From the human T2T-CHM13v2.0 reference genome, Homo sapiens, in NCBI RefSeq assembly GCF_009914755.1, contig NC_060926.1: a DNA stretch of 64,000 bases; one strand, written 5' to 3'. Below are positions 51,776 through 64,000 of the stretch, piece after piece. Position numbers and translations under genes: made by a program. Within the stretch, counting starts at the first letter, position 1; the number at the start of each line of letters is the position of its first letter. Below the pieces are notes generated by a model, which saw nothing but the letters and a program-made list of their open reading frames with translations, was not told the DNA's origin and searched no databases.

Positions 51776-53110
51776 TGACCCCAGGAGCCTTCATTTATGG
51801 CAACTCAGGATCACAACCTCCCCGGAGCAGCAGGGCCTGAGCTTCCTGGAGGCTTGACACCCAAAAGTAAAAGCTGAACTCGCAATAGAAAGATGTCTTT
51901 TTCTTCCCAAGAGGCCTTGGGCAACAACGAGATGGATTTCCTTTTAAATGACTGTCCACTGTTGTGTGTGATAGCTCTTTGGTTTTATCTAATCCTGCTC
52001 AGTTCACGTTACTGCTGTCATTTGTCTCCTCCATCTCGATGGGGTGATGAACTGTCTTGCTCAGTGAGAAGCAGGCACTGAGACAGAAAGGAAAGAAATG
52101 CATCAAAGCTGGCCTGGACCGAGAGAAGAGGAGGAGGATGGCTTAATCAACCGGGGGCAAAGTCACAATCCTTCCTGTGTCCGCTTACCCCCACCCTCCG
52201 AGTCCCATGGAGCATCCTCCAAGTACCTCTGGGAGAAAAGAGAAGAAGCCAGAAGCCACCACTGGAGTGATGTCCCAGGAAGCTCACTACCTCATGGCAG
52301 GGCATACAGTGGGATCCCTCGACCAAGGACTTCTTCCCAGGTTGACCACGGGCTATTCCACCATCTACTCATTCACAAAGTGCCTTCCTAAGTTCAGTCA
52401 GGACCTGGCACTCACCCAGCTTCCAGAAAGGAGCCCATAAACATAAGAGATCAGTTTTGGTGTTAGAAAGGGGACCACGTAGGTCCCATTGTTCCTCTGG
52501 AAGAAACCTAGACATGGCCACACCATCTGGGTCTTGCCTAGGCTGTCCTGTCCTCAGGAACAGAGATGCTGAGAGACCTCTGGGTGTGTCCCTCACCTGA
52601 ACACCACCTCCTTCTGAAACCTGCCCATTTTACACTGAACTCAAACAAGCTTGCACTTAGGCTCCCCAAACCCTGTGACTCATCCATTTTCTCCCAGCCT
52701 GAAAAATGCTCGGCAGCAATTTATCGGCGTGCCCAAGGGGAGGCAGCTGACAGCCAGGAGCCAGCACAGCCGAAACAAACAAGGGCAATGCTGTGAACTG
52801 CACTTCCAATTTTAATGCAAAATCTTGCCTCCTAAAGTCTGAATTTTTCTTCAGGTTCATCCAAATTCCAGCGTGTAGCCACATGCCCAAATCATTGCAT
52901 TGGTGGGATGATCCAAAATCCTTTGTCCAATTGCAAACTGGAAAATTTGGAAGTTTGAGTAATTTGACGTTTAAAGGATGCAGAGAGGCTGGCCCTACCC
53001 AGGGACAGGCACTGTGCTTGCAGGAGCAATAAGCACTGTCTGGTCTCTGTTAGCAAACAGGGACCAGGGCCTCCTCAGGCTTGGAAAAAATGAAAGTAGA
53101 ACCAGGGTCA

Positions 53111-53428
53111 TGGGATTGTAGATTACACGGGATCATTCTAAGTGAAGTAACTCAGAAATGGAAAACCAAATATCATATGTTCTCACTCATAAGTGGGAGC
53201 TAAGCTGTGAGGATACAAAGGCAGAAAAATGACAGAATGGACTTTGGGGACTCGGGGAAAGGCTGGGAAGAGGGTAAGGGATAAAAGACTACAAACTGGG
53301 TTCAGTGTGTACTGCTTGGGTGATGGGTTCACCAACATCTCACAAATCACCACTAAAGAACTTACTCATGGAACCAGATACCACCAGTTCCCCCAAAACC
53401 TGTGGAAATAAAAATTTTTTTTAAAAGA
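53111..53428 (+). mobile_element. L1PB1-like 3' end
   Basis: AGGGATAAAAGACTACAAACTGGG...ATCACCACTAAAGAACTTACTCATG; perfect 19-bp TSD GAAAGTAGAACCAGGGTCA (53092-53110 / 53429-53447). Confidence 0.9.
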
Positions 53429-53942
53429 GAAAGTAGAACCAGGGTCAACCAAACATGTGCCTAGTAAGAGTCTGAGTTCCTCCTGGACTTGACCTTTTCC
53501 AGCTCTTTTTTGAACAAAGTCCGGAGGACATCAGAGCATCCAGAGGATAATGGAGAGCCAGTGACTTTGAGGAGAGCAATTAGGAGCTGAAATCAAGGGT
53601 GGATGGAAAAACCTCATTCAGAAACTGGTGTCAAGTAACATGAGCTCCAACTGTCCCAGCCCCTTTCCCTGCCCACCTAGACAGACAGGCAGGGCTCCAC
53701 ACAGCCAGACCCAAAGTGGTGGAGGCACTGTGAGTTCTGTCACTGTGTGTCCCGGGCCTACCTCTCCTGCCCTGCCTGATGACCTGGCTCACCTGGTCCC
53801 AGGAATCTGCCCCCCGGTTTCTAAGGTGCTCTGCAGCTCTTCCTTCTCGTCTGAGCCTCCCTTCCTCTGGCCCCTGCCTGCCTCTGGATTCTGACAGCTC
53901 TCTGTTCCTTCAGACCCAACAGTGGGTTTCTGGGCTCTGGGG

Positions 53943-54099
53943 CAGGACGGACTGCAGAGTTTATAAGGCTAAGTGCAAAATGAAAATGCAGGATTCTTGC
54001 TCAGAAGTCATTAAGAATTTCAAGACAGCAACAACAGAGCATGAAACCAAGAGCAGGCCCCCATGCAACTGCGCAGCCACACACCCAGAAAGCGGCCTG
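53943..54099 (+). mobile_element. MER45A-like hAT-Tip100 element
   Basis: AGTGCAAAATGAAAATGCAGG...ATTAAGAATTTCAAGACAGCAACAACAGAGCATGAAACCAAG. Confidence 0.8.
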
Positions 54100-54410
54100 G
54101 AGATGCTGACTTAGCAACCACCAGTGGAGACGGTGCCCAGGAGACAGTGAGGCTGCAGGGTGGGGGCCACCCACGTGTGGGAGAAAAGAGAAGAGGGCAT
54201 GGGGAGGAGTCAGAAAGGGAGATGTGCTAGAGACACGTGGAAGAACATGGAGAACCCAGAGCAAAAAGGAGCATTTCAAGATGGAAGGGTGGAAGGCACC
54301 ATCTTCCCTCTGCTGTGGGGTGCAGAGGTGGAGGGCGAGGGCAGAAGGAGCTTGGTTGTCTTCCTGGCATCCAGTCAACTTCCTCCACTGTGTGTATGTC
54401 TCCTCTCTTT

Positions 54411-54480
54411 TCTCTCTCTCTCACACACACACACACACATACACACACACACACACACACATACACACACACACACACAC
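54411..54480. repeat. (TC)n(CA)n microsatellite
   Basis: Seen directly; followed by a long pyrimidine-rich tract to about 54660. Confidence 0.95.
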
Positions 54481-55221
54481 GCATGCGGACGTGCAGAGAT
54501 ACACAGGTCAAAATTTTTGTCTCTCTTGCTCTCTTTTTTTTTCTTTTGTTCCCTCATTGCTTTCTTCCTCTCTTTCATTTTCACCTTCGCCTGACCTCTC
54601 CTCTCTTTCATCCTCTTTCTGCCCTATATCTTTCCTTCTCTCATTTCCTTTCTGTTTCACAGCCCCTTACTGTGGTTTGCTTGGAAAATTCTGCCTTCCT
54701 TTGCCTCTTCCTTACTAGACTTACTGCCTTACAACCTGGAACTCCTGCAGGTGAAGGAGACCTAGAGGACAACTAAGTCCAATTCCAAATGTGACACAGG
54801 CATCTCTCCTATAGGATCCCTCATCTCAGTGGACAGGGACAAAGTGACTTCCCTCGAAGCCTTCTAGACAGGAGGTAAGAGATGAGAACTATGCAGACTA
54901 GGGCACCAAGCAGAGATGTGCCAGACAGGGTGGCTCAGTCCGTAAGACTGCCACCCCAGTGCTCCTTCCATGACATGTGACTTCTCTGCCTTGCTCTGGG
55001 CTTGCTGATTGTCTACTTGTGCCTTCTTTGAGCCCTGCATTTTTTACACATAATGATAAATTGGTTTTTGCTCTTAAACAGTTGAGTGTTAGATGCACAG
55101 AAGATGTCAACAGGCAAAGAATCAAAGTTCAGGGGAAATACTAGGAACTTTAGGGCACAGGCAATCTTTACAGGGAGAACTCCTCCCTGCACTGCTTGAG
55201 TGATGGCAGCAAGTGGTCACC

Positions 55222-55450
55222 TGGGATAGTACGTAAGGGCTTCCAATCTGGACTCAAACACCCCCAGCTCCAACGCTAACCAGCTGCGTGATCTTGAGCG
55301 AGATATGTAGGATCAGTGCTCCAGGGTCCTCGTCTGCAAAATGGGAATATGAAAAGGGACTCACTCTGTGGGATTTTTGTGAGGTTTAGATAATAGAAAT
55401 AACTTTGCCCTATGCCTGGCATATGATATGCACTCAAAACATGTTAGTTA
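55222..55450 (+). mobile_element. MIR SINE
   Basis: CCAGCTGCGTGATCTTGAGC...CCTCGTCTGCAAAATGGG...TGCCTGGCATATG. Confidence 0.7.
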
Positions 55451-55464
55451 TAGACATGAGACTT

Positions 55465-56050
55465 AAATATAAATATTTGTTGCATGTTGACTATATGCAG
55501 ATATTGTTCTAGACATGGGAAATAGAATAGTCAAAAAAACAAAGATTTTGCCCTTGTGGACCTTGCATTCTAGTGGAAGAGATGGACATATCAGTCGATA
55601 AATAATCTCTACTATGACAAAAATTAAATTTGGGGAATAAAGAGGGGGGGGGAACAGCATTTGGGGAACGATGCAAGAGAAGCCTCCTCTAAATAGGGTA
55701 ATCATGCAGCTTCCTGGAGGGAAAACAACTGCAAAGGCCTGAGACATGCTGTGGGTTTAAGGACCAGCTAGGGGCCGGCGGGACTGGGGCAGGAAAGTGA
55801 AAGAAAGAAGAAAAGAGATGAGGTCAGGGTGGCAGGGAAGGAGATGTCAGCTCATATATGGCTTTGGAGTCCTTGATGAGGACTATACATTTTATTGTAA
55901 GTGTGGCAAACAGCCACTGGAGGGTTGTGACTTGGAGTTTGACTTGGATTCACATTTTAAAATATCATTAGCCTCTGTGGGCAAAAGACTAAAAGGACAC
56001 CGTTACAGACCGCTGGATGGTCCAAGTGAGAGAAGATGGTGGCAGCTGTG
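55465..56050 (-). mobile_element. L2a 3' portion
   Basis: AAATATTTGTTGCATG...GCCCTTGTGGACCTTGCATTCTAGTGG...AGCCACTGGAGGGTT. Confidence 0.75.
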
Positions 56051-56577
56051 CTAAGGGGAGGAACAGAACGCTCTCCTTCCATTGCCACACAGGGCCTCTG
56101 CCTTAGACCAGGCTGGCTACCTGTCTACCTGTATATTTATTTGGGCCCTGAGTTCTCTGTGCATAGTAATAATTAAATGGGGTTTTACACTGCCAACAGC
56201 TGCCTGTGAGTTGAGGAGTTAGAAGAGGTAAATGTGGATGAGAAATGGCCCCATGGTGCAGAGGAAGTAGGAAATAGAGGACTACAGCTCACTGCCCAGG
56301 AGAAGACACAGACTGAAGGGAGACGGTGCCAGGGAGACGGTGCCAAGCACACAGCACCAAGCAAAGCACACGGCCTGCAGAGTCAGCCCTGATGGGTCCC
56401 ACTCTGAGCTGCCTGACCTTGGAGAAGTCACTTGACATCCCAAGCTTTGGCTTCCTCATCTGTGAAATGGAGCTAACAAAGGGCAGCTGCTGTGAGTGCC
56501 AGTGACAGTCCATATGCAGCGCTAGGCACACAGGGGTTCAACAGCCCCCGTGCATCTTTGGGGGATTTTTTTTTTTG

Positions 56578-57060
56578 CTTAAAACCACCACTGTTTTTTA
56601 TTTCTCACATCTCTGGGTAAGCTTGGGATTCTGCTGACCTGGGCTGGGCGGGTTGATCTGGGCTGGGCTCACTCATGCTGTCTGTGGGCAGCTTACAGGT
56701 CTGCCTGGGGCTAACTGGTTCAGGATGGTCTCAGCTGGGAAGTCTAGGCCCTGCTACACACAATCTTTCATCCTGCAGTAGTGGCTACTATACTTGTTCT
56801 TAGGCAGTGGTAGAGTTCTAAGAGGGAGACATAGAGAAAAAAGAGAGAGAGGGAGAGAGAGAACACTCATGCGAGCCCTCTTGGAACCCAGACTCAGAAT
56901 TGTCATATTATCACTTCTACAATATTCTATTGGCCAAAGCAAATCACAGTCAGCCCAGACTTAAGAGGTAGAGACACTGACTCTCTTGACTCAGACTGTA
57001 AAGGCCATGGATACTGAGAAGAATAGGAAAACTGGGGCCATGCTGTCCTCAACCCATGGC
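56578..57060 (-). mobile_element. MLT1H-like MaLR LTR
   Basis: GGCTGGGCTCACTCATGC...CACTTCTACAATATTCTATTGGCCAAAGCAAATCAC. Confidence 0.7.
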
Positions 57061-57101
57061 AACAGGATCTAGGATGTGACTGTGGTTTTGCCCATGGATC
57101 T

Positions 57102-57525
57102 TAATATGGTTGGGATATTTGTCCCCTCCAAATCTCATGTTGAAATGTAATCCCCAGTGTTGGAGGTGGGGCCTGGTGGGAGGTGTTCAGGTCCTGGGAG
57201 CGGATCCCTCACGAATGACTTGGTGCTGTCCTTGTGATGAGAGTGAGCTCTCGCTCTGAGTTCACACAAGATCTGGTTGTTTAAAAGAGTGTGGCACACC
57301 CTCTGTTCTCTTTGCTCCTGCTCTGTGAACAGAGCACGTGAGATGCCTGCTTCCCCTTTGCCTTCTGCCATGATTGGAAGTTTCCTGAGGTCCTCGCCTG
57401 AAGTAGATGCCAGCACCACATTTCCTGTATACCCTGCAGAACCTTGAGCCAATTAAACCTCTTTCCTTTATAAAGTGCCCAGTCTCAGGTATTCCTTTAG
57501 AGAAAAGCAAAAGCAAACTAGCACA
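57102..57525 (+). mobile_element. MSTB/MSTA MaLR solo LTR
   Basis: TAATATGGTTGGGATATTTGTCCCCTCCAAATCTCATGTTG...GAGCCAATTAAACCTC...CTAGCACA; TSD GATCT/CATCT. Confidence 0.9.
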
Positions 57526-58357
57526 CATCTTTCATATGCAAATGTGTCTCCTGCATCTTTGAGCCTCCACCCACCTAGAAGCTGCTCCTAAAAGGTTTGT
57601 TGATTGATCTGGAAGCAATCAGAAACAATCTCTGCGTCCTGGAGATCGGCTTGAAAAGTGTTTCTTGAATGATGCAGAATGTGTGTCACAGCTGGACATG
57701 GCAGCATTTCTGAGAAATAGAGAGGCACAGCAGGAAGAGGCTCAGCTGGCCTACGCCCAGCTCTGAGAGTGACAGCGTGTTTACAAGAGCTATTAGGGAC
57801 CACTGCTCCTCCGTGCTCACGGGATGATTTACTCCACCAGGACTGCCAGGCTGCTGCTTTTCCTTTCACTGCTGAATTGATGATTGAATCACACATATTC
57901 CATCTCAATAACATGATTTCACTTTGAGGCAGGCAGGAAGTTCAAAGCCCACTGTAAGAAGACCCTTCCCCCATGCTGGGCTTTGCGACTCTGGGAAGTT
58001 CTACAGACACATTCGTGAGTTAGGGAAAGAAATCTCTCTAAAGCACACTACAAACAACTCCGACAGTCCCAAGTCCCACAAGAGCAGAGGCTGCATCTGG
58101 TTGTTTGGCAGAGAATTCCCTGAGCACAGTGCCTGACACCTACTTCAATGAACACTTCTAGACTGAATGAATCAACCTATCCGTCTACCTGGTCAGAAGC
58201 TGTCTTAACTCGAGCAGACACAGATGACCAGCAGTCTTGGAAACCACTGTGTATAGATAACAGCTGGAAGAACTGGAGAAAAGAGTTGAGTAGGAAGGAG
58301 GCCAGGACATGATGCTGCCCACAAATATTTAGTGAGTTGTCCTACTCAAGTCTCCTC

Positions 58358-58560
58358 CCATTTATTGAGTACCCACCATGCACCACACAATACAATCCTT
58401 CTAACAAGTCTTCAAGGTCTATTCTATGACTCATATTCTCTGTACGAAGAAACTAAGGCTCAGAGAAGTTCAGTGACTGGCCCAAGAGGACGTAGCTCCT
58501 AAGTGCCAGGCAAGGATGCCACCCAATGTCTCATCCACAGCTCCACACTTCAGAACCAAC
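58358..58560 (-). mobile_element. MIR SINE
   Basis: CATTTATTGAGTACC...GAAGAAACTAAGGCTCAGAGAAGTTCAGTGACTGGCCCAAG. Confidence 0.75.
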
Positions 58561-58914
58561 TCTGCTCCTGTCTCCACCCCCGCTCTGAGACCACCATCCT
58601 CTGGAGATCCCTTTTCTGTGAGAAGCCTGTATCAATCAGCAAACAGTGGCAAGGAACAGGTCCTACAGAAATGGCCACTGGAGGATGAGGTCACCAACAT
58701 TTCCATGGGGTAAGTCCTATTTAATTCCTATTGCAAACGCAAAAGGAGCACTAGATAGGGGTGTGTATACATATATATATATATATATTTTTTTTTTTTT
58801 TACATGTACATATACATTTAGTGGCCTCAAGAAACTCAATCCATTTGAAAAAATTGGAAACTATGAATAATGCAATAATACTGTCTTACTGATTTAGACA
58901 GTAAATATCAAAGG

Positions 58915-59037
58915 TAGGGAATGATATGATTTGTCACCCAAACTGGAACACTTTTAAGAATAAAGAAAGGCACTGCTCTTGGACAACAGGTGTAAACTCA
59001 TACTAGCCAAGATGAACCAGGACTTAAGATCACCATA
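58915..59037 (+). mobile_element. MER81-like hAT-Blackjack MITE
   Basis: CCAAACTGGAACACTTTTAAGA...GGACAACAGGTGTAAAC...ATCACCATA. Confidence 0.65.
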
Positions 59038-61430
59038 GCTAGATGATCATAAGCCCCAAAGTTAGGGACGCTCAGCTTTCCAGTGCCTTGTACAAGTGCT
59101 GAATTTTGCACAATGCCACTCCATCCCTCATGACAACAGCACTGATTGTAGATGTGGTAGAGAAAGTAATGATTACTGTTGCTATTTATATTAGTATAGT
59201 AACAATCCTTATAATAATTGCAGCTTCTGTTTATTGGATTCTGCAGAAAATGTGCTACGCTATTACAAACATCACCCCATTTGTTTCTCACAGTGCTAAG
59301 CAGTGGGCATTTTTAGACCCACTTTACAGATAAGTAAAACAGGTACAAAGAGGTTAGGATAAACGACAAGCCCAAGGTCACAGAAGTGAGTATTCCAATG
59401 AAGGAGAGTCCTATTTTAAAGGATCTTGTCTTAATTACAAGCTACAAATCTTCCCATTATTTCTTTTTACCTACATTCCTCAAGGAACTTATGAAATCTA
59501 ATATACACACCCATCTTTTACCATTCACAACTCAACTCCTACCATCTCCAGCAGTTTCTTTCTCTCCATTTTAACATCTGTCTCCCTCTTTAAATTCTGT
59601 CCTTTTCCCTTCAATTACCCCAGGAAATATTTTATCCTCTCTCTAAATATTTCTTTCCCCATCTTCACTGCTGCTACAAACCTCCAAAGATACTAGTCTC
59701 ATCTGATAAGTCTATGAGCCCCTTTATCAGGGCAAATGAAAGCTTAGGTTGCAAAATGAAATTTTAAATGATAAACAGTTTTATCATTCAATAATGACAT
59801 TGAAAGTACCCAGAAGTCCCCTTTCGGAATCCCCAGAAATCTTCATTTACCTCCTTATCTGTCTCTAATTAAACCAACTTTTCCCTGAGCACCAGGAAAA
59901 TACACATATTTCTCACTCAATTCTATCACCTTTGGGCGTCATTCCTTAATTAGCAAGGTAGCCACATCACTTCCCAGTTTCCATTGCGTGTGCATAGCTT
60001 TTCAGTCACAGTCTAGGTTAAAAGGCTATTATGGGTTGGCTGAGGCACCTGATCAAGATTTATCATGTTGTGTCCACAGAGGAATGTATAGTAGGTTACA
60101 AAATAGAGTTGTGGAGCCTAACTTAATGACAGAGTGAGACCAGGCCAGGCCAAGAGGCTAGAGCAAGTCGGAAGAAAACAGCTTAAGTCAGAAGCTGAGG
60201 ACATTGCTATGTGCCAGAGGTGAAAATGCAGGACAAAATGGAAAGAGGCAAAGGTGATCTTGAGAAGAGACTGGCTCCAGTGGAGACAGTGCAGGTTCTG
60301 AAAGGAGCAGGCTGGAAAATAGCCCGGGACCAATTATGTTCATTAGTCAATAGGGACAACAGCTGAAAAGTATCAGGCATAAGCTATGGCAGGGAAAATT
60401 CAGGCTCATTAGGAGGAGAAAACTTGAATGGTAATGATCCTACTGGACAACTTTCAAGTTTTAGCAAGGCTGTGAAAATGTTAATGAGGTTGGACAACAT
60501 TAGACGATCATAAGTTCACCTGGTCAGGCCCCCGACCCCCTCTTAATGGGCCTTCCCCTTATTAAAGGAACACAGATTGATAAGAAAACCCTATTATTGT
60601 TTTAAAGGCTACCAGAAAATTGTCCTCAGAGTTAAAGCCAACTAAGTGGCTTATAGAATAAAGGATCTAAGTCTGAATTTTTCATCAAAGCAATCCTAGG
60701 TAGATTTGGCCTTCTAAAGGTTTCTCTTCCCACTCCTTGGAGCCAGATCAAATCAATCCCATTCACCTTGTGCTGTGCCTGGCTGATGTGAGCTGTCTTG
60801 AGGCTAGCCCTACAGAAGTACCAGAATCAGGGAGCTCTCAGGCCCCGGGGCCACACCGCATGCTCAGGACAGGGCAAGGCAAACATTCAGAAGCTAGATT
60901 GCATGGTGAGACTGCAGGCTGAAAAGCAGGCAAGCAGGCAGCATCCGAGAACAGCACAGGCACACAAGATGAAGGCAAGGGGCGAGATATAGGCCTGGGA
61001 GAACCCAGGCACAGGAGAGCAGGGGAAAGTAGGGCAAAGCAGGGTTTGGGGACCAGGAGAGCAAAGGACTACAAATTCAGTTCTGACTCACTGGACACGA
61101 CTCATCTTGGGCCATGGCTGTTCCATGCCTGGGAGGGAGAGCAGGGGAGCTACAGTGGGCTGCTGAAATTGCATTCAGAACGAAATGGGTAGGCTCAGGT
61201 GTCAGCTGCAAACTGTTTTCAATTCTAGAAAACATAAATACATGAAAATGCATATGATGATATTTGGCATAGGTGACCACACCTTTGGGACACCAGCTTG
61301 TTTGAACCCAGTGCTATTGCCCAGGCTCCACATCAGTGTGGAAGTTGGCTGGACAAGAAGGATTCTCCTCCTATTAGGAAGCCATGCTTCTAGGGATGAT
61401 GGCTTCTGGGTGAGGCTTCCATTCACTCGC

Positions 61431-61884
61431 TGTATGGCAGATGCACCTGACAGCGTCAGGACGTACCCTGAGAATGACCCTGTTTGGAAGATGCACCTGA
61501 ATGTGTGTTCAGAGTTCTGAGCTAAGAAATCTGGGGGTGGCCAACCCGGAGATTCACTCCTTACCTCTGAGGAAGAGCTGAGCCCTCGGACTGTCCTGAG
61601 AAACTCAGGCTGTACGGGAGATCAAGGCCCTGTGTTTGGGGTTAAATGAAGGCTGCCAGGTGGAGGTTGTTAAGGGAAGGGTGCTAAGTCAAAACGGTAG
61701 TTGAACAGCATGCTTTTTGCAAGTGGTTATGATTCTCCTGCCCAGCCTGCTGCCACCAGACCTCCCTGTAAGTTGCCCTCCTGCTAATAAAACCCTACGT
61801 CTCATGTGTTGGCTCTGGGTCTCCTCTTCAGCCTCTTGAACATGGTGTCATCCCTGTTGAGGTTAAAAGGGGTCTGGCACAACA
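61431..61884 (+). mobile_element. ERVL solo LTR (LTR47-like)
   Basis: TG...CA termini (TGTATGGCAGATGCACCTGA...GGCACAACA), internal AATAAA, and an internal repeat of the first 21 nt. Confidence 0.8.
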
Positions 61885-62416
61885 CAAAGTGGTGGTATCA
61901 GATAAGAGCACCCCACGGGCTTCCTTAGTCATGTACGGTCCTACAACCCAACACGGGTCCCCCATTCTGGGCAGAGTGTGGCTCACGTAGCTCAGCCCCT
62001 ACTGTGGCTACTCCCTCTGGTGGTCACTTCCCAGGCACCGGACCCTCCTGCTGCTCCCAGGGAAGGCAAGGGCTGGACACTCAGGGAACTGCTCTGGCTT
62101 CCAGCAGTCCTGCATTTAGCCAGTCCCCTGCAACCTGGTGCCCAAATAGTTTGGCTTAGGCAGGCATGAGCCCTGCAAACATGAGGATGCCCACTCAAAG
62201 GGATGCAGTGATACACATCAATGAAAACAGTGCATGGGGCAAAATCAGAGCTTTGACCAAAAAGAGTTTAAATGAAACAGGACAAAGAAAAGCAGAATAT
62301 GCAGTGAAAACAGTAACTCAAGTGGGTCTGGCCACCTGAAAATTGGACTGATACTCAGCACCTTAGGTCAGCAAGAAAAACCAAACCAAACACATTACCC
62401 TGAATAATGGGGAGAA

Positions 62417-62592
62417 TAAGGTTATCAGATAAAATACAGGACACTGATTAAATTTCCATTTTAGATATGTAATGAATAATTTTTTAGTGTGTCCCAAATA
62501 TCACAAGTCATACTAAAATTATTTGTTGTTTTGTTGAAATTCCAGTTCAACTGGGTGTACTCTATTTTTATTTGTTAAATCTAACATCCCTG
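62417..62592. mobile_element. MER53 MITE (second copy, opposite orientation to 34911-35078)
   Basis: CAGATAAAATACAGGACAC...GAAATTCCAGTTCAACTGGGTG...AAATCTAACATCCCT. Confidence 0.85.
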
Positions 62593-63567
62593 CTAGAACT
62601 AAGTGGTGTCCATTCCATTCTTAGACTCTAAGTGCAGCCCTGTACAAGTCCAACAAAGGTCAGCTGTAAATGAGTAATAGTTAGATGTTTGTATATGGAG
62701 AACAGTTTTCTTTAAAAACAAATCACTACTTTGCAGAGAGGAAGATGAAGAGAAGAAATCTAAATTCAGGATGACTTATTAAAGAAAACCCCCTGTTCTG
62801 GGAGTCTCAGATGACGTGGTTTCTCATCCCAGGCTTTGTGACCTGTGCAAGTCACTTCATTTTTACATGAAAGGGTTAGTTTGAGGATGGAACTTGGAAA
62901 TCACTGGGTTCTATTAAACCCTAATGTCATGATTCTATTCAATTAGAACTATGTGAATAGGGGAAATGCACTTACGTTCTAGATCCTAGGAATACAAAAC
63001 TGGAAGACACTTGTTTCAGCTTGAAAGATGCAGATACTAAATTTTCTGGCAGATACAGAATATATGTGGCCACGTTCTAAGAAATGATGTCATAGGGCTG
63101 AGCCAGAAACATGCTCAGAAAGGATGGAGGTAAAATCATAAACTCAAGATTTTTATTTGGCCTCAAGATGTAAGGGGTTCCTCCCAAACATTCTGAGGCT
63201 GATAAGATGGAAGAGAAGCATGCCCCTCCCTAACACATCCTTATCTAAGACAATATCTCATTTCAAATGCATTGTTGCTGTGAGAATACTTTCCGAAAAT
63301 AAAACCCAGTGGATCCCAGTGAAGAGAATCTGTTTCAGAAATGGTAAAGCTCAGTTAATCATGAAAGATAAGGATAAGGCCTCGTGAAGGTCATACCAAT
63401 AGCCGGCAGAAGTCAAGTATATGGATTCATGGCAATAATGAAGATAAATATCAAGTTTGTCATTACAGCTATTTCTTCTCTACACATAGCAAGAATGTTT
63501 TCCAAAGGAGACTGATTCAGTCTAAACTTGGAAATCATTTCGGAACTACAAAAGTTGAAAAGCTTAC

Positions 63568-63576
63568 CTTTCTTTT
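63568..63576 (-). CDS. Candidate 9-nt frame-preserving microexon (AAAAGAAAG) of an unidentified minus-strand gene
   Basis: Minus strand reads gttaactcagtctttaccctttccttccTGCttatttttatgttAG|AAAAGAAAG|GTAAGC: branch-point-like TTAAC, long polypyrimidine tract, UGC at -16 to -18, strong donor; repeat-poor AT-rich flanks. Confidence 0.5.
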
Positions 63577-64000
63577 CTAACATAAAAATAAGCAGGAAGG
63601 AAAGGGTAAAGACTGAGTTAACTCCAAAATATAATATTACAAGTGTTTTGGGTTGGACCTGTCTCAAACAGTTCAATTTATCTCAGCAAAAACACATTTT
63701 TACACTTACAGCAAAAAATAGTTAAACATTCCAAAGTGCACATGTTTATTTTGTTGGGAAAATTATACACATTTGTTTGATTAGCTTTGGTAAATAAAAT
63801 AACCTAGTCACCACTCAAGACTCAGACGTGGCTGCAAAATTGATTCAATGAAATGTCAAAATAAATCATAGCTTAAAAATGCATGGTATGTAACTTCTAA
63901 AAATGAAAACCACATCTATCTCTGTCAGAGTTGTGAAGACTGTGCATTAAAATTATATCAAAAATGAATGCAGTTTTGAAGGAAAACTATTGATTTAATC

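Noticed and set aside
54663-54874. Plus-strand exon with a long polypyrimidine acceptor and GAG|GTAAGA donor
   Set aside because: The tract is low-complexity sequence adjoining a microsatellite, the length is not a multiple of 3, and there is no recognisable peptide
61885-61905. Possible PBS (TGGTATCAGA) after the LTR47-like LTR
   Set aside because: Offset from the LTR end, short, and not followed by recognisable ERV internal sequence
63568-63576. Assigning the microexon to KCNMA1 (EKKWFT exon) or CAMK2 (KRKSSSS exon)
   Set aside because: Those exons continue past AAAAGAAA with coding sequence that is not present here; no gene symbol can be supported

Overview
This is primate (very likely human) genomic DNA. 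It is non-coding and heavily populated by interspersed repeats: Alu (J, S and a FRAM-like monomer), L1 fragments of several ages, L2, MIR, MaLR/ERVL solo LTRs, hAT MER elements and microsatellites. No complete protein-coding gene, RNA gene, CpG island or CRISPR array is visible. The ORF track is explained by Alu, L1, microsatellite and random ORFs. The best gene-level signal is a candidate 9-nt, frame-preserving microexon on the minus strand (63568-63576) with neural-microexon splice architecture, which suggests the window is mostly one large intron of an unidentified minus-strand gene. Other notable items: (1) an old L1 that keeps its 5' end but stops inside ORF2 and is still flanked by a perfect 14-bp TSD; (2) an L1PA with an apparent 18-nt 3' transduction; (3) a MIR strongly shifted AT-to-GC; (4) a 123-bp dispersed local duplication; (5) a THE1 LTR carrying the CCTCCCT hotspot core. 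Repeat subfamily names come from my recall of consensus sequences, and boundaries of old repeats are approximate.
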